Source of the DNA: Candidatus Electronema aureum
Lineage (GTDB): Bacteria > Desulfobacterota > Desulfobulbia > Desulfobulbales > Desulfobulbaceae
Direction of reading: 5' to 3'
NCBI GenBank assembly: GCA_004284765.1
Contig: NQJD01000026.1
Coordinates: 3,235-35,234, forward strand
DNA: 32,000 nucleotides
Shown here: in pieces, positions 9,330-19,398 of the stretch
Layout: every line of letters begins with the position of its first letter
Position numbering within the stretch: position 1 is the stretch's first letter
The notes under the pieces: model-generated
The model's input: the letters and a program-made list of their open reading frames with translations, nothing else
The model's database searches: none
What the model was told of the DNA's origin: nothing
Program-made: the position numbers and the translations under genes

Positions 9330-10403
9330 TTAGATAGCGCGTACTAACCAGCCGTGCGTATCGGGCAGTATTCCGCGCTGCATCTGCTGAATGCCATCAA
9401 AGAGCCGCTGGGCTATTGGCCCGGTCTTGCCGCCACCGATAATGATGGAACGTTCTTGGTAGAGGAATTCGCCCACCGGCGCGATGACCGCCGCTGTGCC
9501 GGAGCCAAAAGCCTCAGTCAGCGAGCCATCTGCTGCTGCCGCGATGATTTCATCCATGCTGATTCGCCGCTCGTTCGCCTTGATACCCCAGTCTGCTGCG
9601 ACTTTCAAAACAGTGTCGCGAGTGATACCAGGTAGGATGGTGCCGCCTAACGGTGGCGTGACCAATTCGCCGTTGATGACAAAGAAGATGTTGGAAGTAC
9701 CCACTTCCTCGACATATTTATGTTCTGCCGCATCTAACCACAGCACTTGGGTGCAGCCTTTTGCTTTGGCTTCAGCAAAGGCCTTGAGTGAGGCAGCATA
9801 GTTGCCACCGGTTTTAGCTTCGCCTACTCCGCCCGCTGTAGCCCGAACATACTGGTCTTCCACGTAAATCTTGGTTGGTTTAAAACCTTCAGCGTAGTAA
9901 GCACCCACTGGGCAGCAGATGATGAAAAAGAGGTATTCATTCGCAGGATGCAGGCCAACCGCAGCCTCGGTAGCAATCATCGCTGGGCGAATGTAGAGCG
10001 ATGCACCCGAAGCCTGCGGCACCCATGCCCGGTCGAGTGCAACCATCTGCTTCAGGGCCTCTAACACCTCTTCCGCCGGAATCTCTGGCATACACATGCG
10101 GACAGCAGAGCGGTTCAGGCGATTCAGGTTATCCAAAGGCCGGAAAAGTAGAACAGAGCCGTCTGCGCCGTGATAGGCTTTCAGTCCTTCAAAAATCTCC
10201 TGACTGTAATGCAGAACCATTGCCGCTGGGTCGAGCGTGAACGGGCCGTAGGGTTTGATCTCCGCATCGTGCCAGCCTTCTTTGCTATTCCAGCTCATCA
10301 CAAACATGTGATCCGTGAAATGCCGACCGAAACCGAGGTTATTCCAGTCTGGCTTTGCCTTCAGCGTCTCTGTTTTGCGCAGCGTAATTTCCAGCTTCTT
10401 CAT
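9330..10403 (-). CDS. ilvE: Branched-chain amino acid aminotransferase (long form)
   Basis: Class IV aminotransferase features across the full length (FGRHFTDHMF, EGLKAY, GEAKTGGNYAAS, GITR). Confidence 0.9.
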   Translation of the reverse strand: MKKLEITLRKTETLKAKPDWNNLGFGRHFTDHMFVMSWNSKEGWHDAEIKPYGPFTLDPAAMVLHYSQEIFEGLKAYHGADGSVLLFRPLDNLNRLNRSAVRMCMPEIPAEEVLEALKQMVALDRAWVPQASGASLYIRPAMIATEAAVGLHPANEYLFFIICCPVGAYYAEGFKPTKIYVEDQYVRATAGGVGEAKTGGNYAASLKAFAEAKAKGCTQVLWLDAAEHKYVEEVGTSNIFFVINGELVTPPLGGTILPGITRDTVLKVAADWGIKANERRISMDEIIAAAADGSLTEAFGSGTAAVIAPVGEFLYQERSIIIGGGKTGPIAQRLFDGIQQMQRGILPDTHGWLVRAI

Positions 10404-10433
10404 TTTCCTATCCTTTCTTTATCAATTTGTTAT

Positions 10434-11621
10434 CTATCTCACCCGAACACACAGCCCCTTCAAATACTGCGTTTCCGGGATGGCCAATTTTACCGGATGA
10501 TCTGCACTTTGCCCCAACCATCGAAGTAGCTGAACATCGCGTCCACTGTCCGTTGCTGCATCCGCCACGATTTTCTGAAACAGCTCCATCTTCATGAGTC
10601 CAGAGCAAGAAAAGGTGAACAGCAGACCACCGGGACGGAGCAGTTTGAAGGCAAGCAGATTGATGTCTTTGTAACCTCGGCTTGCTCTTTCCATATTAGT
10701 CTGCGATTCAGCAAATTTTGGCGGATCAAGAATGATAAGGTCAAAGGTTCGGCCTTCTTTCAAATACTGACGCAGAAGTTGAAAAACATCTGCTTTGATA
10801 CTTGTGCACGCATTGTCAGGAAAACCGTTCAATCGCGCGTTATCGTCAATCATGCTGATAAAATCGGCCCGATCTTCTGCATGAACGACATGCTTTGCTC
10901 CGCCTTTCAGAGCTGAAATCCCAAATCCACCAGTATAGGCAAAGCAATTCAGCACTTCTGCGTCTAAGCTGTGAGAACGAACTATATTGCGGTTGTCACG
11001 CTGATCAAGATAAAAACCTGTCTTGTGTCCTTCTTTGAGATCAACGAGGAATTTCAGCCCGTTCTCTTCAATTTCCAGCAAAGTAGGCGGCTCTTCTCCG
11101 CAGAGTAGTCCCTTGCACGGCTGAAGCCCTTCCTTTTTGCGGACTTCAACATCAGATCGCTCATAGATGTTGTGCAGACCAGTCGCTTGCTTGAGTTGCT
11201 CAATCAGTACCTTTTTCCAGCGTTCCGCACCAATGCTGAGAAATTGGCAGACAATAAAATCACCGTAGCGGTCAGTAATCAGGCCGGGCAAGCCGTCTGC
11301 CTCAGCCGCGATCAGGCGGTAAGCATTTGTCTGCGTTGAAATACCCAAGGATTCCCGTAGGTTAATAGCAGTCTGGATGCGACGGGCGAAGAAGGCTTCA
11401 TCAACAAGTTCCTGCTCGTCGAATGTCCAGATGCGGAGGCGAATCTGCGAGGAAGGCGAATAGGCACCGCGCCCTAAACATTGGCCGTTGGCGGAAAAAG
11501 CATCCACGGTCGTGCCGGGCTGCGGATTGCCCTCCACCCGCTGCACCGCGCCAGAAAAAAGCCAAGGATGCCCGTGCAGCAGCGAACGCTCGCGACCTTC
11601 CTTGAGGATGAGTTTGTTCAT
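10434..11621 (-). CDS. rlmI: 23S rRNA m5C methyltransferase RlmI-like (PUA plus class I SAM-dependent methyltransferase)
   Basis: N-terminal LKEGRERSLLHGHPWLFSGAV, the FAYTGGFG SAM-binding loop and the ILDPPKFA catalytic motif. Confidence 0.8.
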   Translation of the reverse strand: MNKLILKEGRERSLLHGHPWLFSGAVQRVEGNPQPGTTVDAFSANGQCLGRGAYSPSSQIRLRIWTFDEQELVDEAFFARRIQTAINLRESLGISTQTNAYRLIAAEADGLPGLITDRYGDFIVCQFLSIGAERWKKVLIEQLKQATGLHNIYERSDVEVRKKEGLQPCKGLLCGEEPPTLLEIEENGLKFLVDLKEGHKTGFYLDQRDNRNIVRSHSLDAEVLNCFAYTGGFGISALKGGAKHVVHAEDRADFISMIDDNARLNGFPDNACTSIKADVFQLLRQYLKEGRTFDLIILDPPKFAESQTNMERASRGYKDINLLAFKLLRPGGLLFTFSCSGLMKMELFQKIVADAATDSGRDVQLLRWLGQSADHPVKLAIPETQYLKGLCVRVR

Positions 11622-11680
11622 ATTTTCCCGGTTGATTCAATGCAGAATCAACATATTTCATTGATTAAAAATCATCTTCC

Positions 11681-12466
11681 TTAGTACAGCGGCCTCGTTC
11701 CTTCACAAAGAGGAAACTTGGCACACCCCCAGAACTTACTTCCTGCATTTCTACCTTTCCGCGCTTCCCGCACAATCATTTCTGCGCCACAGCGTGGACA
11801 CAATTGGTATTTACTTTTCTTTTCAGTGGCAATTGCTTGTACATGTTTGACATGCAATCTGCGATTATGAAAACTATTTTTCAGTTTCCTATTCTTGATC
11901 GTATTAATAGCCGCATCTACCTGTGCCGAACTGAGTAGCTTTTTTTTCTGCGCTTTGATAAATGAAATAAATTCATCTCGAAGTACAACATTATCTGGCA
12001 TTTCTGTCTCAAAGCAACAGTTCCCTGCAAAAACAATCAAGGAGAAAATGTACTTTTCATTGATACCCAGCAGCTCATGAAAAGTTTTTGTGTGCTTGTA
12101 GTTCTGATGCAGCGGATTCTGAAAGCTATTGACGTATGCACCGATTTGCTGCGTCCAGCTCCGCTCCTGCCTGCCGCCAGAGATCATCCCTTGCATGTTT
12201 TTGGTTTCAATGACAAAAATACCATACGGAGAAACTACTACATGGTCAATCTGCGTAGTGCCGTTGGTCGTCGGCAGGAGCAAGTTACTAAAGGTATGAT
12301 AAACCTTCCTGTTCAAGTGCCGTCGGATGGCTCTGTTGATTCGTAATTCGCCGACCATCCCCTTGAACCGCCGCGATTTGAGCAACTTCACTATCGCGAT
12401 AGCGGGCAGGAGCAGCCAGAAGACTTTAAGCAGTCCGACAACGAATTGCGCGAAATCAGCAAACAT
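11681..12466 (-). CDS. NERD-domain protein with an N-terminal TM helix and a C-terminal topoisomerase-type zinc ribbon
   Basis: NERD core GELRINRAI...IDHVVVSPYGIFVIETKNMQG. C-terminal CPRCGAEMIVREARKGRNAGSKFWGCAKFPLC. The ATG at 12466 with a GGAG RBS is preferred over the TTG at 12532. Confidence 0.75.
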   Translation of the reverse strand: MFADFAQFVVGLLKVFWLLLPAIAIVKLLKSRRFKGMVGELRINRAIRRHLNRKVYHTFSNLLLPTTNGTTQIDHVVVSPYGIFVIETKNMQGMISGGRQERSWTQQIGAYVNSFQNPLHQNYKHTKTFHELLGINEKYIFSLIVFAGNCCFETEMPDNVVLRDEFISFIKAQKKKLLSSAQVDAAINTIKNRKLKNSFHNRRLHVKHVQAIATEKKSKYQLCPRCGAEMIVREARKGRNAGSKFWGCAKFPLCEGTRPLY

Positions 12467-12621
12467 GCGGCGGCTCCAGTTCGGTGGTAAGGAAAAAGCT
12501 ACAGCCTTTTTCTTACCATTCAGGCCCAGCAAAGGGCAACCGAAATTTCTTGGTTGACGTAGCGGCCTGCCCTGAATACCATGCGGCTTTCTCGCGAAAA
12601 CAAATACACGGAGGACATACT

Positions 12622-13296
12622 ATGACTACCCTGCCGCCCCCAGCACCTAAAAAGGGCTTTTCGTTGACACAACGTATCGCCATAGCTCTCGGTGTGATGC
12701 TACTCACCGCAGCGGCTGCGGTTTTGCTGATTAAAATATGGCTTTTTCCCCAGCCGTTCAAGCCGACAGCACTGAATCCGCAGGAACAGCAACAGTTAGC
12801 GCAAAAAATGGAGCAAATAGAAACAGTTTCAGTTTCGCCTCCGCCGCAGCATGATCTTGAAGACGGTCGCTTGAAGCCAGAACCTTATTCTGAGGAAGGA
12901 GCAAACCGGGAGATGGTGTTCAGCGAGCGGGAGATCAACAGTCTCTTGGCGACCAACACCAATCTTGCCGAGAAAATGGCTATTGACCTTAGCGAAAATT
13001 TGGTCAGCCTCCGTCTGCTCCTGCCTCTTGATCCTGATTTCCCGGTCATGGGCGGCAAAACCCTGCGGCTGCGGGCGGGTGTGGAGCTGGCCTACCGTGA
13101 GGGACGGCCTGTGCTGATTCTCAAAGGGGTCTCGCTGATGGGCGTTCCTTTGCCTAATGCTTGGATAGGCGGGCTAAAAAATATTGACCTGATGCAAGAA
13201 TTTGGCGGACAACCCGGTTTTTGGCAGAGTCTCGGTAACGGGCTGGAAAGCATTCAAGTGCGGGAGGGCGAGCTGCATCTCAAGCTGAGAGAATAG
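12622..13296 (+). CDS. Hypothetical membrane-anchored (single N-terminal TM) periplasmic protein
   Basis: GGAGGA RBS at 12610-12615 before the ATG at 12622. TM helix IAIALGVMLLTAAAAVLLI. I recognise no family. Confidence 0.6.
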   Translation: MTTLPPPAPKKGFSLTQRIAIALGVMLLTAAAAVLLIKIWLFPQPFKPTALNPQEQQQLAQKMEQIETVSVSPPPQHDLEDGRLKPEPYSEEGANREMVFSEREINSLLATNTNLAEKMAIDLSENLVSLRLLLPLDPDFPVMGGKTLRLRAGVELAYREGRPVLILKGVSLMGVPLPNAWIGGLKNIDLMQEFGGQPGFWQSLGNGLESIQVREGELHLKLRE

Positions 13297-13315
13297 TCGC
13301 CCTCCCCTTGCTTGA

Positions 13316-14320
13316 TCACTGCGCGAGGCTCTTTTTGTTTCGTCCTTTCTGCCAGATCGCCACCAACAAGGAACATGCGGCCAGCACAAGCGTAACTTGC
13401 TGAAAAATAGTGGCCTCAACCAACACCCAAGCTGTAGCCAAAAGCGGCAGCAAGGCTGCTCGCACCGTCAGTCGGATCAATCCGTGTTGGGCGATGAAGT
13501 CAGCAATCGGCGGTGAAGCCTGATAGTACCATGCAACAAAGGCCCGGCCTGGCGTGTTCGTCAGCAGGCGCAGATCACGAAATTTCCGCAAGAGGACTAC
13601 CTGTGGCTCTAAAGCACTGCCGTAGGCGGCTGTGGCAATAAAGCAACCTCCCCCGCCGCTGTCACTGCTACTACTGGTGCTGGTGGTACTACTGCTGCCG
13701 ATGCTGCTAATGCTCGTTTTTTTCATGCTCAGAATTTGCTCGGCAAAGCCTTGAGCAATAATTTGCGCACCTGTCCTTGTTGGATGTATGCCATCAGTGG
13801 TGATGTTCTTCCAATCGTTGATCACCCTACCGTAGGTATCAACCAAGACAACTTGGTTACTGGCTGCAACATTGACAATCGAGGGGTTGTAGTTTTCCGG
13901 TGCATAGTTCGATTGAGAATTCGGAGTGATGGTGGACATAATAGGCACTGCTCCGGCATTTTTGGCATGTTGCGCCATATTCTGCAAGTTGAAGCTCGTG
14001 GCTGAAGGAGAAATGCCCTCTACCACATCGTTAGCTCCTTCCATAATCACTGCATACTTTGGTTTGTTTGCTGCAAGCACAGTATCAATACGTGAAATAC
14101 CAGCTAAGGTATCTTCACCGCCAACGCCTGCATTAACCACGGTAAAAGAGGCTGAATCAAGCTTGGACTTCAGATAAACTGGATAGCCTTCATTGACTGT
14201 TGGATATCCAGCAGTGATGGAATCACCAAAACAGAGCACCACATCGGCAGCTCGGCAGTCAGTCATGCCAAAACAAAACAGTAGAATACCTGTGGCAATA
14301 CACCAGCTTCTTTTCTTCAT
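13316..14320 (-). CDS. Secreted SGNH/GDSL hydrolase with a Ser/Thr linker and a C-terminal [14 protein letters not shown] anchor-like domain
   Basis: Signal peptide, then SGNH block I (FGDSITAG), block II (GVGGEDT), GANDV and a C-terminal DGIHP. This is followed by [27 protein letters not shown] and two terminal hydrophobic helices. Confidence 0.8.
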   Translation of the reverse strand: MKKRSWCIATGILLFCFGMTDCRAADVVLCFGDSITAGYPTVNEGYPVYLKSKLDSASFTVVNAGVGGEDTLAGISRIDTVLAANKPKYAVIMEGANDVVEGISPSATSFNLQNMAQHAKNAGAVPIMSTITPNSQSNYAPENYNPSIVNVAASNQVVLVDTYGRVINDWKNITTDGIHPTRTGAQIIAQGFAEQILSMKKTSISSIGSSSTTSTSSSSDSGGGGCFIATAAYGSALEPQVVLLRKFRDLRLLTNTPGRAFVAWYYQASPPIADFIAQHGLIRLTVRAALLPLLATAWVLVEATIFQQVTLVLAACSLLVAIWQKGRNKKSLAQ

Positions 14321-15081
14321 TCTACTTTCTTTGCCCTCCCGTCTGCGCTTATTTCCTGTAACACATACGTGCTGGCTTGGGGGAGAAAGTCAGGAAGCAC
14401 AGGTTTGGTGTTTTCCACTGTTTCTTCTTTTTTTTCCTCAGCTTCCCGCTCTGGCGACCAGCCGTTAGTCGTGTACGTGGAAACAAGGGTTGTATATTTT
14501 CCATCACGGAAACCCTGCCAACGAACTTCTATGTTACCTTGTTCATTCAGGGCTATTTTCGGCTTAATATCGGGAGTTTCATTGGCCGCATTGATCAGCA
14601 TTGGTTTTTGCCAAGCTGAGTTTACAAAGCGACTGTAATAAATTTCATCCTGTTCACCGTCATTACCCGCCCAGACCAACCAAATAACTCCGTCATGAGC
14701 TGCCAAGGCTGAGGGAGTGATAGCCGAGCTGTGGTCTGTTGCCAACTTGATCGGTTCTGATGACCATTTATTGCCATCCTGCCCAACTAAATATTCAATA
14801 GCAATGCCGTCTGGCTGCACTGCTGACCAGAAAATCCAATGTGTACCGTTCGGCGCAATAACAAAATCTGGATGAAGGTTGTTGGCGTTGTTATTCGTCA
14901 ACTTCTGCGGTGCCTCCCAAGCATCTCCCTTGCTTGAACTGTGGTAAATTTCGTAGCGCAGTCCATCTGACTGCGACCAAACGATCTCTTTCTGTACGAC
15001 ATTCTCAGCACCTTGGCAGGGCGCAATAAGTAAGGCTGACAGTGTCAGCATCCCTAAGACAGCACGTTTTGGTAGCATCAA
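14317..15081 (-). CDS. Secreted repeat protein (four beta-propeller-blade-like repeats)
   Basis: Signal peptide [25 protein letters not shown]. Four repeats of the type h-W-x(6-10)-(I/E)-Y-x(5-8)-W-x-x-P. The stop overlaps the downstream start (ATGA on the minus strand). Confidence 0.65.
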   Translation of the reverse strand: MMLPKRAVLGMLTLSALLIAPCQGAENVVQKEIVWSQSDGLRYEIYHSSSKGDAWEAPQKLTNNNANNLHPDFVIAPNGTHWIFWSAVQPDGIAIEYLVGQDGNKWSSEPIKLATDHSSAITPSALAAHDGVIWLVWAGNDGEQDEIYYSRFVNSAWQKPMLINAANETPDIKPKIALNEQGNIEVRWQGFRDGKYTTLVSTYTTNGWSPEREAEEKKEETVENTKPVLPDFLPQASTYVLQEISADGRAKKVE

Positions 15082-15136
15082 GATTCACTATGAAAAGATT
15101 TTAATCAACTAATCAACAGTCCTTGCGGCAAGGAAG

Positions 15137-15769
15137 CTATTTACCCTGCACCTTTGTGAGAGCCTCGGCAAAGCCCTCTGCAATCATCTTGGAGCCGGTA
15201 TCATTGGGATGGATACCATCAAAAGTGATACTCCTCCAGCTTGAGGCCATCCTGCTGTAGGTGTTCACCAGCGTGAAACGGCCTTTATACGCCATCTGAA
15301 TGATGGAGGGATTGTAATTCTCCGGCACATAGCTTCGGCGGGCCGTGTTGGGAGTGATGGTGGACATGATCGGTATGCCGCCCGCTCTTTTGACCTGTAG
15401 GGCCATATTGTTGAGATCATAGGTAGTCGTTGATGGTGATATCCCCTCCACCACATCATTAGCACCCTCCATGATCACCACGTACTTCGGCCTGTTCGCA
15501 GCAAGCACCTTCTTCATTCGCGCCACGCCGCGATAGGTATCCTCGCCGCCTAAACCGGCGTTAACGACATTCAAGGAGGAGCTTTTCATGGATTGGAGAT
15601 AAACTGGATAGCCAATTGCCTTGTATCCCGCAGTGATGGAATCGCCAAAGCAGACCACAGTTTCTTTCGAAGCTAGAGGCGGGGGTGGCGGTGGCGGCTC
15701 AGGAGGAAGGACAACTGGTTCAGTATGGTTGAGCAAGGTGAGCAAAATGCCTACAAGCTGTTTATTCAT
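15137..15769 (-). CDS. SGNH/GDSL hydrolase, paralog of 13316-14320 lacking the C-terminal anchor
   Basis: [31 protein letters not shown] and DGIHP are collinear with the upstream paralog. A poly-Pro linker PPEPPPPPPP follows the leader. The ATG at 15769 is preferred. Confidence 0.8.
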   Translation of the reverse strand: MNKQLVGILLTLLNHTEPVVLPPEPPPPPPPLASKETVVCFGDSITAGYKAIGYPVYLQSMKSSSLNVVNAGLGGEDTYRGVARMKKVLAANRPKYVVIMEGANDVVEGISPSTTTYDLNNMALQVKRAGGIPIMSTITPNTARRSYVPENYNPSIIQMAYKGRFTLVNTYSRMASSWRSITFDGIHPNDTGSKMIAEGFAEALTKVQGK

Positions 15770-15803
15770 AGCTATGTTCTCAGAAAATATGCAACGACTA
15801 CTT

Positions 15804-17756
15804 CTACAAGACGACCTTACCGATTTCACAGAGACCGATAACAACGAAATTATACACAGAAAGGAGGAAAAGGAGAAGAACTAAGCTATGAAATACCGGT
15901 TTAATCACAATCCGAGAGCAATGATAATAGAGGATAGCAAACATCGGCAGCAGGGGAAGTGAATAGCGGCCTTGGGCTTGAAAGTCAACTGTCCAAGCGT
16001 GCCAGATCATGCCGCCGAGAAAGAACAGAGTGCAGCCTGTAGCAAGGCCCAGCAGTGTCAGGCCTGGTAGCCCGCCCCGCCATACAAGGGAGACCGCAAG
16101 CGTGAGGAGGAGCAGCAGACCGACAACTCGTACATAGTCGTAATAAGCGAAGGAGGCTGCATATTGGGTGAAGCCATAAACCCCAAAGGCAGAGCGGAAC
16201 GACTTCTCACCCCAGCGGTCAAGCTCTATAAACTGTTTAAATGTTTTCCCTCTGTCCCGCATCTGGAGATAAAAATGCTTCTCGTTAAGCGGGGTGTTGG
16301 GTTTGTATATGGGCTGTGCGTATTGCTCGCGAGCAGCTAAGATCAGCTCGCTTTTCTTGAAATCATTGATCCAAGCATCGGTGACTTTGACAACAGTAAA
16401 GAAGAGGCCACCGATGAGAACAATAGCTGTGAAGCGAGCAAGAGTTCTTTTGCTCCAGACAGGTGGTGCAACTCGTATTCGCCAGAGAAAATACAGGAAG
16501 AAGAACACATAGAGGAAGTAAAAGTTCTGCTTCTGAAACAAAAGCAGACCTAAGAGCAAGCCGAGCCAGAGAGATGCGAACCAGCCGTATTTTTTTAACT
16601 CATCCCTGAGCAAGGTGTTGAGGGTTGATCGCTCTGTAGCTAATTGATACGCAGCGAACAGACAAAGACAAACAGAGAGGGCCTCAGAATTGCAATAACT
16701 GAACACATACCATATCTGCGGAGAAATCAGCAGCGAGAGAAGGAAGAAACGAAAATCTGCCTTGCCAAAGGCATACAGCACTAAGACAAGAAAGAGCAAC
16801 ACATTGAACAGCCGCTGGGCGGAATACTGCTCAAGATGAAGCGGCTCGATGAAATGCAGATATTTCCCGACGATTAGATAATATATCTCACCTGAATGCA
16901 GGCGTGAAACCCCGTAAGCACTATACGTGTGGGTAATAGCCGGGTCGCCGACTCTCGGTGGGAGGAAGTGATCTTTGTAATACCCCGCTGATGCTATGTG
17001 CATGTTTTCATCAGGATGTGTGTTATATGCACTTAGAGTTGCCATGACCAAGATCAAGGCTAAGACAAAAGTAGCCAGCACCGGAATGAAATTCAGCTGG
17101 TTGAAAAAGAGGCGGGTGAGAAGATAACAGCCAACCGCCAAGAACAAGATACCCAGCTCATGTTCGAATTCATCAAACCAAGGAACGTGTCTCTCCATCT
17201 TTGGCAGGGAAAGCTCTACCTGCGAATCACCTTTATGAACTGCCATACTGACACCGCCTTCTGGCAGCGGAGTCATGCTTTTAACTCCAGCTATCACTCG
17301 CAGACGAGTAGCAAAATCAGCAGGACTTTGTACCTGATACAGGGGAAAGCCGCTCTGCTGGAGTGTAATCAGCCGGATGGTGATAGTAGCCGCCTTGTTT
17401 TCACTGGGGTCTAAGCGCAAACGATCAAGATGGAAAACATTGGTGACACTGATAGCATAACGGGACACGCCGGGCTTGATCAGCAGTTGCGCTGATTTCC
17501 TTTCACTGTAGTTCCCGTGCTTATCGGGCCAAAAGACCTGAAGGATAGTGCGGGTATCAGTCTCCAGCTCCAATTCAACCAATGTCCTATTGAAGATAAA
17601 GAAGTAATAGCCTGCACTGAGAACGAAGAACAGCAGGAGAACAAAGAGCCAATACTTAGGCGGTGATGCTTCATCATGAGACACTGCGACACCTGAGCCA
17701 ACTCCGTGTAAAGGCGGCGCAGTTGAAAAACGGGGGAACAGATTAAGCAGCTGCAT
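15804..17756 (-). CDS. Large polytopic membrane protein, GT-C-like (possible glycosyltransferase or polymerase), with an N-terminal extracytoplasmic module
   Basis: At least 12 hydrophobic helices. A HPDENMH loop motif follows the first TM cluster. The start is ambiguous: ATG at 17756 or TTG at 17813. Confidence 0.6.
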   Translation of the reverse strand: MQLLNLFPRFSTAPPLHGVGSGVAVSHDEASPPKYWLFVLLLFFVLSAGYYFFIFNRTLVELELETDTRTILQVFWPDKHGNYSERKSAQLLIKPGVSRYAISVTNVFHLDRLRLDPSENKAATITIRLITLQQSGFPLYQVQSPADFATRLRVIAGVKSMTPLPEGGVSMAVHKGDSQVELSLPKMERHVPWFDEFEHELGILFLAVGCYLLTRLFFNQLNFIPVLATFVLALILVMATLSAYNTHPDENMHIASAGYYKDHFLPPRVGDPAITHTYSAYGVSRLHSGEIYYLIVGKYLHFIEPLHLEQYSAQRLFNVLLFLVLVLYAFGKADFRFFLLSLLISPQIWYVFSYCNSEALSVCLCLFAAYQLATERSTLNTLLRDELKKYGWFASLWLGLLLGLLLFQKQNFYFLYVFFFLYFLWRIRVAPPVWSKRTLARFTAIVLIGGLFFTVVKVTDAWINDFKKSELILAAREQYAQPIYKPNTPLNEKHFYLQMRDRGKTFKQFIELDRWGEKSFRSAFGVYGFTQYAASFAYYDYVRVVGLLLLLTLAVSLVWRGGLPGLTLLGLATGCTLFFLGGMIWHAWTVDFQAQGRYSLPLLPMFAILYYHCSRIVIKPVFHSLVLLLFLLSVYNFVVIGLCEIGKVVL

Positions 17757-17784
17757 GAAAAGAGACCGTGAATGAGATTGATGA

Positions 17785-19398
17785 TTATGCGGAACGAAGG
17801 AAGGGCCGTTCAATCAGGGCATAGGTGAAGCAGGCGAAAAGATAACTCAGCAGCAGGGTGGAAACAAACAGCGGAAAGCCCGACAGATGGTTGATTCCAC
17901 CGTAGTACGCTGCGCCTTTACGGATCAGCTCAAGCATCAGGGGATGAAAGAGATAGATGCTGAACGACACCAAACTGAGCGCACGCAGCGGAAGGGAAGA
18001 CAGTATTCGGGTGATTGCAGATGCAGGGCCAGCGGCCAGCACTGCCAAGATCAGCACAGCGGCAGCCGTACCAAACCAAGAGAAATACATTTGGGTGAAT
18101 ATCCGCGTGCCAGTACCCCAGAGGTGTTCCTCTGAACCAAGGAGAAAGAACAGTAGCAACGCAGTGCTGATGCCTGCTCCCCACGGTTCCATTTTCTTGT
18201 GCAGCTCTGGTTTATCTCTTCTCTGCCAAATGCCGTAGTAGAGCCACGAGGCAATAATTCCGGCAAGGAAGACTCCGAAGTAAGGTCGCAGCTTGATGTT
18301 ATTCATGCCGTATAAGAAAAGAACGTTTACATCAAAATAGCGGTTACTCAGGAGCATTAGAGCAAGTAGTGCGGGGATAACTAACCAAGGACGTAGCTGG
18401 AAGAGCAGTAAGCTGACCAGCATCAAGAGGGGAGTGAGCAGGTAGAAGAACATCTCCTGTGGCACTACCCAGAGATGCCCTGCGCCCTTGAGAAAGAGGA
18501 GATGAAGCAGTGCTTCATCAAAGCGAGCGGTAAAGAGATAGACTATGACAATATAGGTGTAATACAGCGGCAATATTCTACGCAGCCGACGAGCAAAGAA
18601 GTGCTGCCAGCTCGCTACAGACAGCGCTCTCTCTGGCTGCTGTACAAAGGGTTTAGCAAGGAGAAAGCCGCTCAAAGTCATGAAGATCCACACACCGCTG
18701 GCACCGAGTCCTTTGAACAGACCCCAAGTGTGATCCGCAATCACCATCAGCATCGCAAGCCCGCGTAGGCCGTCGAGTGCGTTAATGTTTTCGCCGATAG
18801 AAGGCTGCTTGCTGTACAGGTCAGAAAAAGGGACCAAACCGCTGATCTTTGTCTGCGAAAGGAGGCTGAAAGCCAACAGAGAAAAGAGCAGCGGCAGGCC
18901 CCACAGAAGAAGCGGATTGGGCTTGAGCAGCGACGTGTTGTAAGTAAGGTAGGAATCCTCACCACTTTGAATCTCAGCATATTCCTGCTGCGAGCGAACA
19001 GTCGCGTCTGCCGCCTGCGGGCTGAACAACCGTTGGATATCTTCCGGCCAGAGAACGCGTTCACCGGCATACGTGCCAGCCACAGTAAGCTTGTGTAACC
19101 GCACTGTGCCGGGCCTATCGCCCAAATCTATCCTAAGTTTTCTTGCGGGAGCGTTATGAAGATTGATGCGCACGGTTTGCAGCTGATTCGGTTCGATCAT
19201 ACCAGAGAAAACTGAATGCTGCTCGCTAAATGCACCGCTGCTGGTGTAATAAACTTGGAAACGGTCGGGGTGATCAAGCTGCACGATCAGTTCAACAAAG
19301 TTCGCACCGAACAAAACAGTTTGACAGACAACAAACACCGCCGCAAATACCAACAACGCTGCGGCTGCGGCAAACAAATTCTTGCGGGTACGTCTCAT
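17785..19398 (-). CDS. Acyltransferase family 3 (OafA/YrhL-like O-acyltransferase) with an N-terminal TM helix and extracytoplasmic module
   Basis: AT3 signature ALDGLRGLAMLMVIADH followed by about 10 TM helices. The N-terminal 150 aa form a non-AT3 module. Confidence 0.8.
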   Translation of the reverse strand: MRRTRKNLFAAAAALLVFAAVFVVCQTVLFGANFVELIVQLDHPDRFQVYYTSSGAFSEQHSVFSGMIEPNQLQTVRINLHNAPARKLRIDLGDRPGTVRLHKLTVAGTYAGERVLWPEDIQRLFSPQAADATVRSQQEYAEIQSGEDSYLTYNTSLLKPNPLLLWGLPLLFSLLAFSLLSQTKISGLVPFSDLYSKQPSIGENINALDGLRGLAMLMVIADHTWGLFKGLGASGVWIFMTLSGFLLAKPFVQQPERALSVASWQHFFARRLRRILPLYYTYIVIVYLFTARFDEALLHLLFLKGAGHLWVVPQEMFFYLLTPLLMLVSLLLFQLRPWLVIPALLALMLLSNRYFDVNVLFLYGMNNIKLRPYFGVFLAGIIASWLYYGIWQRRDKPELHKKMEPWGAGISTALLLFFLLGSEEHLWGTGTRIFTQMYFSWFGTAAAVLILAVLAAGPASAITRILSSLPLRALSLVSFSIYLFHPLMLELIRKGAAYYGGINHLSGFPLFVSTLLLSYLFACFTYALIERPFLRSA

